This document shows positions 10,205 through 17,944 of a DNA stretch of 27,804 nucleotides, in pieces; within the stretch, counting starts at the first letter, position 1, and each line of letters opens with the position of its first letter. The notes beneath the pieces are model-generated. The model had not been told where the DNA came from and did no database searches. It saw only the letters and a program-made list of their open reading frames with translations. Where the stretch lies: assembly GCA_041288095.1 (NCBI GenBank), contig JBGGMJ010000195.1:1-27804 (forward strand), read 5' to 3'. The stretch comes from Myxococcota bacterium (GTDB lineage Bacteria > Myxococcota > XYA12-FULL-58-9 > JALHOP01). A program made the translations under genes and the position numbers.

Positions 10205-11260
10205 ATGTCGTTTCTCCTCCGAACTGGGTTCGTGCTCTGCCTCGGCCTCGCCGCGTGCAAAGCGGTGGACGTCGTCGGTGATACCCCGATTGTCTGCGAT
10301 CAAGACGACTGGGCGCTCTGCGAAGGCTTCGACGGCTCGGGGCGCGCTCCTTTCGAGCCCGCGCTCTACGGCATCGACTTTCACGTCCACAGCGCCGCGA
10401 CCCTCACGGGAATCAGCTGTGAGACCTCGGGGGACTGCACGCCCTACGTCGAAGACGGCGCTTTGTTTCTGAACTCCGAGGATAGTGGCTACGGCATGGC
10501 CGTGATGCGCATGGAGCGGCCCTTCGACTTCTCCGGTCGCGAGGGACGCATCCACTATCGCAGCGACCTCAAGGGGCAGCCTCGCATGCTCCAGGTGATG
10601 TACTTGAGCCCGACGCTCTCGAACACGTTGCCTGATCTGCGCATCAGCGAGGCGATCGACGCCGGCCCGGCGCTCAGCGTCACTTACTACGGCGGCAACG
10701 GACAGCCGTTCGCGGTGATCAGATGGCAAGATGGCGCGCCCGCGCAAACACTGCTCGTTCAGGGCGACCTCGGGATCACGCGGGGCAATCTTTACGACGT
10801 CGACATCTTCGTCACGCGCACGAGCGCCCGCGTGCTCATCGACGGCGAAAGCGTCTTCGACGCGGCGCTCGATGATCTCGGCTTCGACCGGGGCTACGTG
10901 TATTTCGCGCAGGTCGCGAACGATCCCGCCAAGGACGGGTTCGTCGGTGACGAGGTCAACCGCATCATCTGGGACGAGCTCGCCTTCGACGGACCATTGC
11001 TGCCGAGAAATTCGCTGACGCCCGCCGACAAACAAGACGTGTTGTTCCGCGCTTGGGATGCCGCGGCCTGCACCGTGCGCGGCGTTTCGGCGCAGGGCCC
11101 GTTCACGCCGCCGGTCCTGCTGTTCGACACCTGGCGCGTGCGACTCGATCGAGAAGCCCCAGAGGTTCTGGTGAGCGACATCAGTTGCACGCGGTACGAG
11201 ATGGTGACTCCGCACTCAGGCGACGCGCTCATCGGCGACATCCACGTCGTCACGCAATAG
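10205..11260 (+). CDS. Uncharacterised lipoprotein, paralog 2 (no acidic linker, His motifs partly lost)
   Basis: Lipobox LAAC. Colinear with paralogs 3 and 4 (WALCEGFDG, CETSGDCTPYV, PFDFSGREGR, DLGFDRGYV, WDELAFDGP, VLFRAW). Confidence 0.85.
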   Translation: MSFLLRTGFVLCLGLAACKAVDVVGDTPIVCDQDDWALCEGFDGSGRAPFEPALYGIDFHVHSAATLTGISCETSGDCTPYVEDGALFLNSEDSGYGMAVMRMERPFDFSGREGRIHYRSDLKGQPRMLQVMYLSPTLSNTLPDLRISEAIDAGPALSVTYYGGNGQPFAVIRWQDGAPAQTLLVQGDLGITRGNLYDVDIFVTRTSARVLIDGESVFDAALDDLGFDRGYVYFAQVANDPAKDGFVGDEVNRIIWDELAFDGPLLPRNSLTPADKQDVLFRAWDAAACTVRGVSAQGPFTPPVLLFDTWRVRLDREAPEVLVSDISCTRYEMVTPHSGDALIGDIHVVTQ

Positions 11261-11265
11261 CGCTC

Positions 11266-11345
11266 GAAAAAAGATCCGCCCGGTCCGCCCCCCGGCGCCC
11301 ACTAACCGGGAGAAGCGCACACCCCTGTCGCGCTGGGAGCGGATC
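11266..11345 (+). repeat. Duplicated ~80-bp upstream region, copy 1 (promoter plus 5' UTR)
   Basis: GAAAAAAGATCCGCCCGG...GCCCACTAACC-GGAGAAGCGCACACC---GTCGCGCTGGGAG-G-ATC-ATGAAG is shared with 12627-12706; divergence is concentrated in the promoter spacer. Confidence 0.9.
11272..11305 (+). promoter_or_regulatory. Candidate ECF-sigma promoter AGATCCGCCCG-N16-CCACTAA
   Basis: AGATCCGCCCGgtccgccccccggcgcCCACTAA, 40 nt upstream of ATG 11346. Confidence 0.8.
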
Positions 11346-12626
11346 ATGAAGGTCTTCGTCGTTCTCCTCGGATTGGTGATGGTCGCTGGTTGTGGACGGA
11401 CCGGCAACGGTGATCCTGGGGATCTGCCGCCGGCCGGGGGGAGCAACACCGGCGCCAACGACGAAGGCAGCAACGACGCCGCCGACGACGAGGTTGATAC
11501 GTCGAACGACGACAGTGCGAACGACGACGGTGCGAACACCGAAGAGCCGGACGACACTCCAGTGCTCGAGCCGATCGAGCCGATCTATCCCAAAGACGGC
11601 TTCTGCAACACGGGCGGGATGAGCTGGGGCTGGTGCGAAGACTTCGATGGTCAGGGCACGAGCGGCCCGGTTGCTTTCGACGCGGCCGCCTCGGCCATCG
11701 CCCTGCACAGCCACAGTCACGGGACGATGACCGGCACGCTCTGCGAGACGTCAGGTGATTGCTCGCCTTACGTGCAGGGTGGCTCGCTCTTTCTCAACGC
11801 CGAAGACGGCGGCTTTGCCATGAACGTGTTGCGCGTCGAGCAACCCTTCGACTTCGAGAACCGCGAAGGGCGCGTCCACTATCGCAGCAGCATGCAAGGG
11901 CATGGGCGCATGCATCAGGACATCCACATCACGCCGACGATCTCGAACACGCTTCCGGACCTGCGCTTCGTCGATAAGCCGCGCGACGGTGATGCGATCG
12001 ACATCGACTTCGTCGGCGACGGCGGCTGGCCGTTCACCATCGTGGTTTGGCGAGACGGCGCGAAAGCCTATCTCGCTCACGCCAACGGGCCGATCGGCGT
12101 CACGTCGGGCGTGCAGCAGGATATCGACGTCTATGTCTCGCGCTCACACCTGAGTGTCCGCGTCGACGGTGTGGAGGTCTTCGACTCCGACGAGCATCCC
12201 GGCGAGGACGGTGCGCCGTTTCCCGACCTCGGCTTCACGCGCGGCTACGTGCACTTCGCGCAGCTCGCCTACAATCCCGTCAAAGACGGCTACTACGGCG
12301 ATGCTCCCAACACCTTCCTCTGGGACGACCTCGCCTTCGACGGACCGTCGCTCCCGCGAAACGGCCTCACGCCGGTCGGCAAGAAGGAAGTGCTCTTTCG
12401 CGCCTGGAACAAGGCCTCGTGCACGGTGCGCGGCCTCGCGGCGGACGGCCCAGTCGCCGGCGGTTGGTACATCGACACGTGGCATGTCCAGGTCGACGCC
12501 GGCCAGGCGATTGCCATGGATGACATCACTTGCATCGCGAACCCGGATGGCTCGGGCCAGCCGGATCCGTTCCCGACGCCGTACGGGCAGCCGTTCATCG
12601 ACGACCTCCTCTTCGTCGTGCGCTGA
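11346..12626 (+). CDS. Uncharacterised His/Met-rich lipoprotein, paralog 3
   Basis: GGGAG RBS, lipobox VAGC, Asp/Asn-rich linker, HSHSH and HGRMH motifs. Long identical stretches are shared with paralog 4. Confidence 0.9.
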   Translation: MKVFVVLLGLVMVAGCGRTGNGDPGDLPPAGGSNTGANDEGSNDAADDEVDTSNDDSANDDGANTEEPDDTPVLEPIEPIYPKDGFCNTGGMSWGWCEDFDGQGTSGPVAFDAAASAIALHSHSHGTMTGTLCETSGDCSPYVQGGSLFLNAEDGGFAMNVLRVEQPFDFENREGRVHYRSSMQGHGRMHQDIHITPTISNTLPDLRFVDKPRDGDAIDIDFVGDGGWPFTIVVWRDGAKAYLAHANGPIGVTSGVQQDIDVYVSRSHLSVRVDGVEVFDSDEHPGEDGAPFPDLGFTRGYVHFAQLAYNPVKDGYYGDAPNTFLWDDLAFDGPSLPRNGLTPVGKKEVLFRAWNKASCTVRGLAADGPVAGGWYIDTWHVQVDAGQAIAMDDITCIANPDGSGQPDPFPTPYGQPFIDDLLFVVR

Positions 12627-12706
12627 GAAAAAAGATCCGCCCGGCGGGCCTCGCTCCGCCCACTAACCAGGAGAAGCGCACACCTCCGTCGCGCTGGGAG
12701 AGAATC
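12627..12706 (+). repeat. Duplicated ~80-bp upstream region, copy 2
   Basis: Matches 11266-11345 as described for copy 1. Confidence 0.9.
12633..12666 (+). promoter_or_regulatory. Candidate ECF-sigma promoter AGATCCGCCCG-N16-CCACTAA
   Basis: AGATCCGCCCGgcgggcctcgctccgcCCACTAA, 40 nt upstream of ATG 12707. Confidence 0.8.
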
Positions 12707-14002
12707 ATGAAGCTTTTCGTTGCTCTGCTCGGGGTGGTGATGGTGGCGGGTTGCGTTGGGAGCGTCGACGGCGGCGACCCTCGGGATCTCTCGCGTGGTG
12801 GTGGCAGCAACACGGATACGAACACCGACACCACCGACACCACCAACAACAACAACGACGACGCCGTTGACGACGCCGCCAATGACGACGCGTCGAGCGA
12901 CGACGATGCGGACACCGACGAGCCCGACGCTCCCCCAGAGCTCGAGCCGATCGAACCGATCTATCCCAAAGACGGCTTTTGCAACCAAGGCGGCGTGAGC
13001 TGGGGCTGGTGCGAAGACTTCGATGGTCAGGGCATGAGCGGCCCGGCCGTCTTCAACGCCGCGGCCTCGGGGATCGATCTGCACATTCACAGTCACATGA
13101 CCATGACCGGTACTCTCTGCGAGACCTCTGGGGACTGCTCCCCGTACGTTCAGGGCGGCTCGCTCTTCCTCAACGCCGAAGACGGCGGCTTCGCCATGAA
13201 CGTCGCGCGCGTCGAGCAGCCTTTCGACTTCGAGGGCCGCGAAGGTCGCGTCCACTTTCGCAGCAGCATGCAAGGCCACGGGCGCATGCATCAGGACTTG
13301 CACATCACCCCCACGATCACGAACACGCTCCCTGATTTGCGCACCATGGAAAAGCCGCGCAAAGGTGACGCAATCGATGTCGACTTCGTCGGCGAGGGCG
13401 GCTGGCCATTCACCATCGTGGTCTGGCGCAACGGCGCGAGGGCATACGTCTCTCACGCCAACGGCCCCATCGGCGTCGTGTCGGGAGTGCAGCAGGACAT
13501 CGACGTCTACCTCACGCGCAACCACTTGAGCGTGCGCGTGGACGGTGTCGAGGTCTTCGACTCCGACGATCACCCTGGTGAAGACGGCGCACCGTTCCCC
13601 GACGTCGGCTTCACGCGTGGCTACGTGTCTTTCGCGCAGGTCTCTTACAACCCAGCGAAGGACGGTTTCTCCGGTGACGCCGCCAACACCTTCCTCTGGG
13701 ACAACCTGGCCTTCGACGGACCGTCGCTCGCCAAGAACTCGCTGACCGCTACCGGCAAGAAAGAAGTCCTGTTCCGCGCCTGGAATAAAGCCACGTGCTC
13801 GGTGCACGGCATCACCGCGGATGGCCCGATGACAGTGGGGTGGTGGATCGACACCTGGCATGTCCAAGTCGACGCGGGTCAGTCCGTTACCATGGACGAC
13901 ATCACCTGCGTGGCGAATCCCGACGAGTCGGGGCAGCCGAGTCAGTTCCCGACCCCGTACAACCAGCCGTTCATCGACGACCTCCAATTCGTCGTGCGGT
14001 GA
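12707..14002 (+). CDS. Uncharacterised His/Met-rich lipoprotein, paralog 4
   Basis: Start corrected from 12530 to MKLFVALLGVVMVAGC, by homology to paralog 3 and the RBS. Contains HIHSHM and HGRMH motifs and a Thr/Asn/Asp low-complexity linker. Confidence 0.9.
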   Translation: MKLFVALLGVVMVAGCVGSVDGGDPRDLSRGGGSNTDTNTDTTDTTNNNNDDAVDDAANDDASSDDDADTDEPDAPPELEPIEPIYPKDGFCNQGGVSWGWCEDFDGQGMSGPAVFNAAASGIDLHIHSHMTMTGTLCETSGDCSPYVQGGSLFLNAEDGGFAMNVARVEQPFDFEGREGRVHFRSSMQGHGRMHQDLHITPTITNTLPDLRTMEKPRKGDAIDVDFVGEGGWPFTIVVWRNGARAYVSHANGPIGVVSGVQQDIDVYLTRNHLSVRVDGVEVFDSDDHPGEDGAPFPDVGFTRGYVSFAQVSYNPAKDGFSGDAANTFLWDNLAFDGPSLAKNSLTATGKKEVLFRAWNKATCSVHGITADGPMTVGWWIDTWHVQVDAGQSVTMDDITCVANPDESGQPSQFPTPYNQPFIDDLQFVVR

Positions 14003-14006
14003 ACCC

Positions 14007-16433
14007 ATGCGTAGCACGAACAAGGCCTGGTGTGTCCTCGCTGCACTGATTGGTGTTGCGTGCGATAGCGGAGTGTTCGCGCCCGATGGTGGCGGCGGCA
14101 ACGACGAGACGAGAGCCAGCCTCTTGAGCCTTTCGCCAGCGTCGACGTTACCGGCACCACCGGCTGACCCCAGCAACGAGGTCGCCGACGACCCGGCGGC
14201 GGCGGCGCTCGGCCAGGCCTTGTTCTTCGACCCCGGCTTCTCCGGCGTCCTGCTCGAGAGCGACAACGACGGTCAACATGATGGCGTCGGGCTCCAGGGC
14301 GAGACCGGCAAGGTGTCCTGCGCGAGCTGCCATGTGCCAGAGTCCGCTTTTACGGATACGCGCACCATTCACGAACAGCTGTCGCTGGCGGCAGGCTGGA
14401 CCAACCGGCGCACACCGACGATACTCGATGTCGCTCAGGCGAAGCTCTTGATGTGGGACGGGCGCTTCGAGACGTTGCAGCGCCAGGTACTCGCCGTGTT
14501 CGAGTCGCCGCTCGAGGGCAATAGCTCGCGGTTGTTCTTCGCTCAAGAGGTCGCCCGTCGCTATGGCGGACAGTATCGAGAGATCTTCGGGGTCGACCCG
14601 GCTGTCGTGCTCGGACCCGGCTATCCGCAAATCACCGCGGCGCAGACCGGTTGCCAGCTCACCCTCACCAGCTCGACGACGCCCGATGACGCTTGCAGCA
14701 ACGGCACGCTCCATGGAGTGCCCGGCGCCGCGGACTACGAGGCGCTAAGCGACGAACAGCAGGATGTCGTCACCACGATAGCTCTCAACGCGGGCAAGGC
14801 TGTCGCCGCCTACGAGCGCCTGCTGTCGTGCGGCCCGAGCCGCTTCGATGCCTTCATGCATGGCGACACCACCGCGCTCACCGAGTCCGAGCAACGCGGC
14901 GCCGCCTTGTTCGTCGGCAAGGGGCAATGCGCGAGCTGCCATAGCGGACCATTTTTTTCGGATCAGAGCTTTCACAACGTCGGCCTCTTCCCGGCCATGG
15001 TCTCGGGTGCCTTCATCCGGAAGGACGATCGTGGCGCCGAGAAGGTTGGGCCGAACATGCTCGGCGCGTTCCGCACGCCGACGTTGCGCTGCGTTTCGCA
15101 ACGCCCGTCCTTCATGCACACCGGGCAGCTGCGCACGCTCGCGCAGGTGGTGGAGTACTTCGACAAGGGCGGCCACAAGCAACCCGGCGTCACGCCGGCA
15201 GCCATCGTCGGTTACCTCGGCGAGACCGAGATCGCGCCGCTCGGACTCGATGTGCAAGAGAAGGCCGACCTTGTTGCCTTCCTCGAAGCGCTCGACGGGG
15301 ATGGACCACCGGCGGAGCTGCTCGAGGCGCCGCCGCCCGCGGGCACACAACCCGATCCGGATCCGGACCCGACCACGGGTGGTCCGCCTCATGCCGACCC
15401 CGTCGGACCGGTGCCTCCGGCTGACTGGGTGAACGTCACGAGTAACCTCGCCGGCATGGCCTCCGAGTGCGGAAACGCCGCCAACATCTTCTCGAGTCCC
15501 TGGCGCGACATGCTGATCACCGGTGTCGCTCGACACGGTCTTTATGCGAGCAGCAACGGCGGAGCGACCTGGGTGTCACTCGGCAGCGCCGGCGGCGACA
15601 CCGTCCTTCATCGCATGAGCCACATCGTCTTCGACCCGACGAACGCCAACAGGTGGTGGGAGTCGGGCATCTATGGTTGGGAGTCACCCTGGTCGGAAGG
15701 TGTGTTCATCACCAACGACAACGGCAACACCTTCGAAGGGTTCGCCAACATGGGCGCACAGGGGCAGTCGCACAACGACTCGGTGAGCGTCGACTTCACC
15801 GACCCCGATCGTCAGACCATCTTGTCGGGCGGCCACGAGCAAGGTGTGTCCGATGGCCAAGGCTTGTTCCTCTCGACCAACGGTGGAGGCACCTTCGTCG
15901 ACATCATGAACAGACTGCCCGCAGGCCTCGGCTTCTGCGTGTCGACGCTCGTGCTCGACGATGACGAGCTCTTGGTAGGCTGCGGCGGATCGTGGAAGGG
16001 CCAGACCCAAGCCATCGTTCGCTCGGATGACGGCGGCGCGAGCTGGGAGACGGTCAGCAACATCGGCGGTGTCGGCCAGCCGCTCCTTGCCTCGGACGGA
16101 AGAATCTATTGGTCGTCGGCCAGCGGCGGCATGTTGCGGAGCGACGACCGTGGCTTGACGTTCGACTTGGTCGCCAACGGCAGCAAGACCGGCGCCGTTC
16201 CACCGTTCGAGTTGCCTGACGGACGTGTCGCGTCAGTGTCCGCTAACGCGGTCGTTATCTCGTCCGACAGGGGCGTGACGTGGACGACCGTAACCGAAGC
16301 GATCCCGTTCACGCCGATCGGCGTGACATACTCACCGTTTCGTCGTGCCTTCTACGCATCGCACTTCGATTGCAGCAACAACGTGCCGGCGGACGCGCAC
16401 GCTCGCTTCGGTTGGGACTACGAGGCCCACTAG
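14007..16433 (+). CDS. MauG/bacterial cytochrome c peroxidase-family di-heme lipoprotein fused to a C-terminal BNR/sialidase-like beta-propeller
   Basis: Lipobox GVAC; ALGQALFFDP; CASCH at 14319-14333 and 14928-14942; RRTPTI, MWDGR and FRTPTLR...FMHTG; Pro/Asp linker; repeated Asp-box motifs SSNGGATW, STNGGGTF, SDDGGASW, SDDRGLTF, SSDRGVTW. It starts 4 nt after the paralog 4 stop. Confidence 0.88.
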   Translation: MRSTNKAWCVLAALIGVACDSGVFAPDGGGGNDETRASLLSLSPASTLPAPPADPSNEVADDPAAAALGQALFFDPGFSGVLLESDNDGQHDGVGLQGETGKVSCASCHVPESAFTDTRTIHEQLSLAAGWTNRRTPTILDVAQAKLLMWDGRFETLQRQVLAVFESPLEGNSSRLFFAQEVARRYGGQYREIFGVDPAVVLGPGYPQITAAQTGCQLTLTSSTTPDDACSNGTLHGVPGAADYEALSDEQQDVVTTIALNAGKAVAAYERLLSCGPSRFDAFMHGDTTALTESEQRGAALFVGKGQCASCHSGPFFSDQSFHNVGLFPAMVSGAFIRKDDRGAEKVGPNMLGAFRTPTLRCVSQRPSFMHTGQLRTLAQVVEYFDKGGHKQPGVTPAAIVGYLGETEIAPLGLDVQEKADLVAFLEALDGDGPPAELLEAPPPAGTQPDPDPDPTTGGPPHADPVGPVPPADWVNVTSNLAGMASECGNAANIFSSPWRDMLITGVARHGLYASSNGGATWVSLGSAGGDTVLHRMSHIVFDPTNANRWWESGIYGWESPWSEGVFITNDNGNTFEGFANMGAQGQSHNDSVSVDFTDPDRQTILSGGHEQGVSDGQGLFLSTNGGGTFVDIMNRLPAGLGFCVSTLVLDDDELLVGCGGSWKGQTQAIVRSDDGGASWETVSNIGGVGQPLLASDGRIYWSSASGGMLRSDDRGLTFDLVANGSKTGAVPPFELPDGRVASVSANAVVISSDRGVTWTTVTEAIPFTPIGVTYSPFRRAFYASHFDCSNNVPADAHARFGWDYEAH

Positions 16434-16497
16434 GTCCCGCGAAGGGTAGCGCGGTTTGCGTTAGCTCTATTTCATACGCTATTTCGCAGCTCGCCCG

Positions 16498-17937
16498 ATG
16501 AAACTCCCCCCCTGGGCAGAGTGCTGTCTCTTCATCCTCATCGCGGCGATCATCCGCGTGCCGCACTTCTTCGAGGCGGTCATCGAATGGGATGAAAGCA
16601 CCTTCATCCTCATGGGCCAGAGCCTCGTCGACGGGCATCTGCCGTACGTCGAGCTCTGGGACAACAAGCCGCCGCTTTGCTTCGTGCCTTTTGCTCTCGT
16701 CATCGCTCTGTTCGGGAAGAGCATCGTCGCGGTTCGCGCTCTGGGGCTTACCTGCGTCGTGGCCTGCGCCTGGCTGGTTCGCTGCATCGCGCTGCGCCTT
16801 GGAGGCCGCTCGCTCGGCTTCACGAGTGGAGTCGCCTGCATCGTCCTCGTTAGCTACTCTCCTAGCGGCATGGCGACGATGAGCGAGGTGCTAGCGATCG
16901 TGCCGCTGGCGGGCGCGCTCGCGTTGGCATTGCGCCCCAGGCTTCATGGCGCGGGCTCTTTCGCCGCCGGCGCATGTCTATCAATTGCCTTCTTGATTCG
17001 CACGAACCTCGGTATCACCGCTATAGCGGCAGTCGTTTTTCTGCTGCTGGAATGGTCGCGCACTCGCCAGCGTCGGCTCACGCCAAGCGCACTGCTCGTG
17101 GGCTTGCTCGCGCCGGGGATTTTTTGCGCCGCGCCGTACGCCGCGCTCGGGCTGCTGCCGCTGTTCGTTGCCTCGGTGTTCGCCGCGCCATTCAGTTACG
17201 CCGCGAGCGCGGTGATGCGGCGTCTGGTCTGGCACGCGGCGCCCGTTGTCTTCGCCAGGGTGCCGTCATGGTGGAATGGCCTTGCGAAGGAGCAGCAAAG
17301 GAACCTCGCTTGCACCGCCACGTTCGCTACCTCGACGCTCGTCTCGATTCTGGTGACCGGCACAGGCACGTTGCACTACGGCGTCCAGTTCATGCCGTTC
17401 GCCGCGCTCATGGTCGCGTTCTTGGTGGCGGTCGCCTTGCGTCGCGCGACGCGGCGTCTCCACTACGGCATTGCCGTGTCGACCGTGGTGACGGTGCTCG
17501 TCGTCGCCGGTCACGATGCCGCGCAAGCCGCGGCACGGATGCGCTCGTCCGACCACGGACTCCATGTCTATGGCCCGTCGGTGCAGATTGCCGCGCATAT
17601 CAGTGAGCGCAATCCAGACAAGCGACCGGTGCTGATGTTCAGCGACCATCTCGCGTACTGGTTCATGGCAGCGCGGCCGATGTCGAAGATCATGACCCAT
17701 CCCACGAACGTGCTTCGCGAAGGTGTGCTGCGGATCGTCAATGGGCCGGAGGCGACGACGGTCGGCGAGCTCGAGCGAGTCTTCGCGCTCGAGCCGCTGT
17801 ACGTCGTGCGTCACCGGGGCGGCAAGTTCGCGACGCGCCCCGAAGTCGCCGCGGTCATCGAGGCCGCTGTCGCCGCGAGCTACGCCGTGGAAGCACGGTT
17901 CGGCGAGAGCTGGGTGTATCGGCGCATCGGTCAGTGA
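16498..17937 (+). CDS. ArnT/PMT-like (GT-C fold, GT39/GT83-type) membrane glycosyltransferase
   Basis: First-loop motif EWDESTFILMGQSLVDGHLPYVELWDNKPP, many TM helices and a soluble C-terminal domain. Confidence 0.8.
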   Translation: MKLPPWAECCLFILIAAIIRVPHFFEAVIEWDESTFILMGQSLVDGHLPYVELWDNKPPLCFVPFALVIALFGKSIVAVRALGLTCVVACAWLVRCIALRLGGRSLGFTSGVACIVLVSYSPSGMATMSEVLAIVPLAGALALALRPRLHGAGSFAAGACLSIAFLIRTNLGITAIAAVVFLLLEWSRTRQRRLTPSALLVGLLAPGIFCAAPYAALGLLPLFVASVFAAPFSYAASAVMRRLVWHAAPVVFARVPSWWNGLAKEQQRNLACTATFATSTLVSILVTGTGTLHYGVQFMPFAALMVAFLVAVALRRATRRLHYGIAVSTVVTVLVVAGHDAAQAAARMRSSDHGLHVYGPSVQIAAHISERNPDKRPVLMFSDHLAYWFMAARPMSKIMTHPTNVLREGVLRIVNGPEATTVGELERVFALEPLYVVRHRGGKFATRPEVAAVIEAAVAASYAVEARFGESWVYRRIGQ

Positions 17938-17944
17938 AATGTGA

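Noticed and set aside
11266..12706. Intergenic repeats as a CRISPR, REP or IS ends
   Set aside because: There are only two copies, separated by a whole gene, with no cas or transposase genes; a promoter-plus-gene duplication explains them.
12530..12706. ORF-track N-terminal extensions (12530, 13860, 22560, 20026, 26493, 5617)
   Set aside because: They overlap neighbouring genes or promoters; downstream ATGs give proper signal peptides, RBSs or family-typical N-termini.
11346..14002. Diversity-generating retroelement template/variable repeat pair
   Set aside because: Differences are spread across full-length intact genes and are not adenine-specific, and there is no reverse transcriptase in the window.
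12293..14266. 657-aa minus-strand ORF, and similar long ORFs such as 10148-11215, 18983-20305 and 26581-27666
   Set aside because: These are antisense shadows of well-supported genes, expected at high GC3; they have no motifs or RBS.
16467..16485. CTATTTC direct repeat upstream of the glycosyltransferase
   Set aside because: Two 7-mers only; too short to distinguish from chance.
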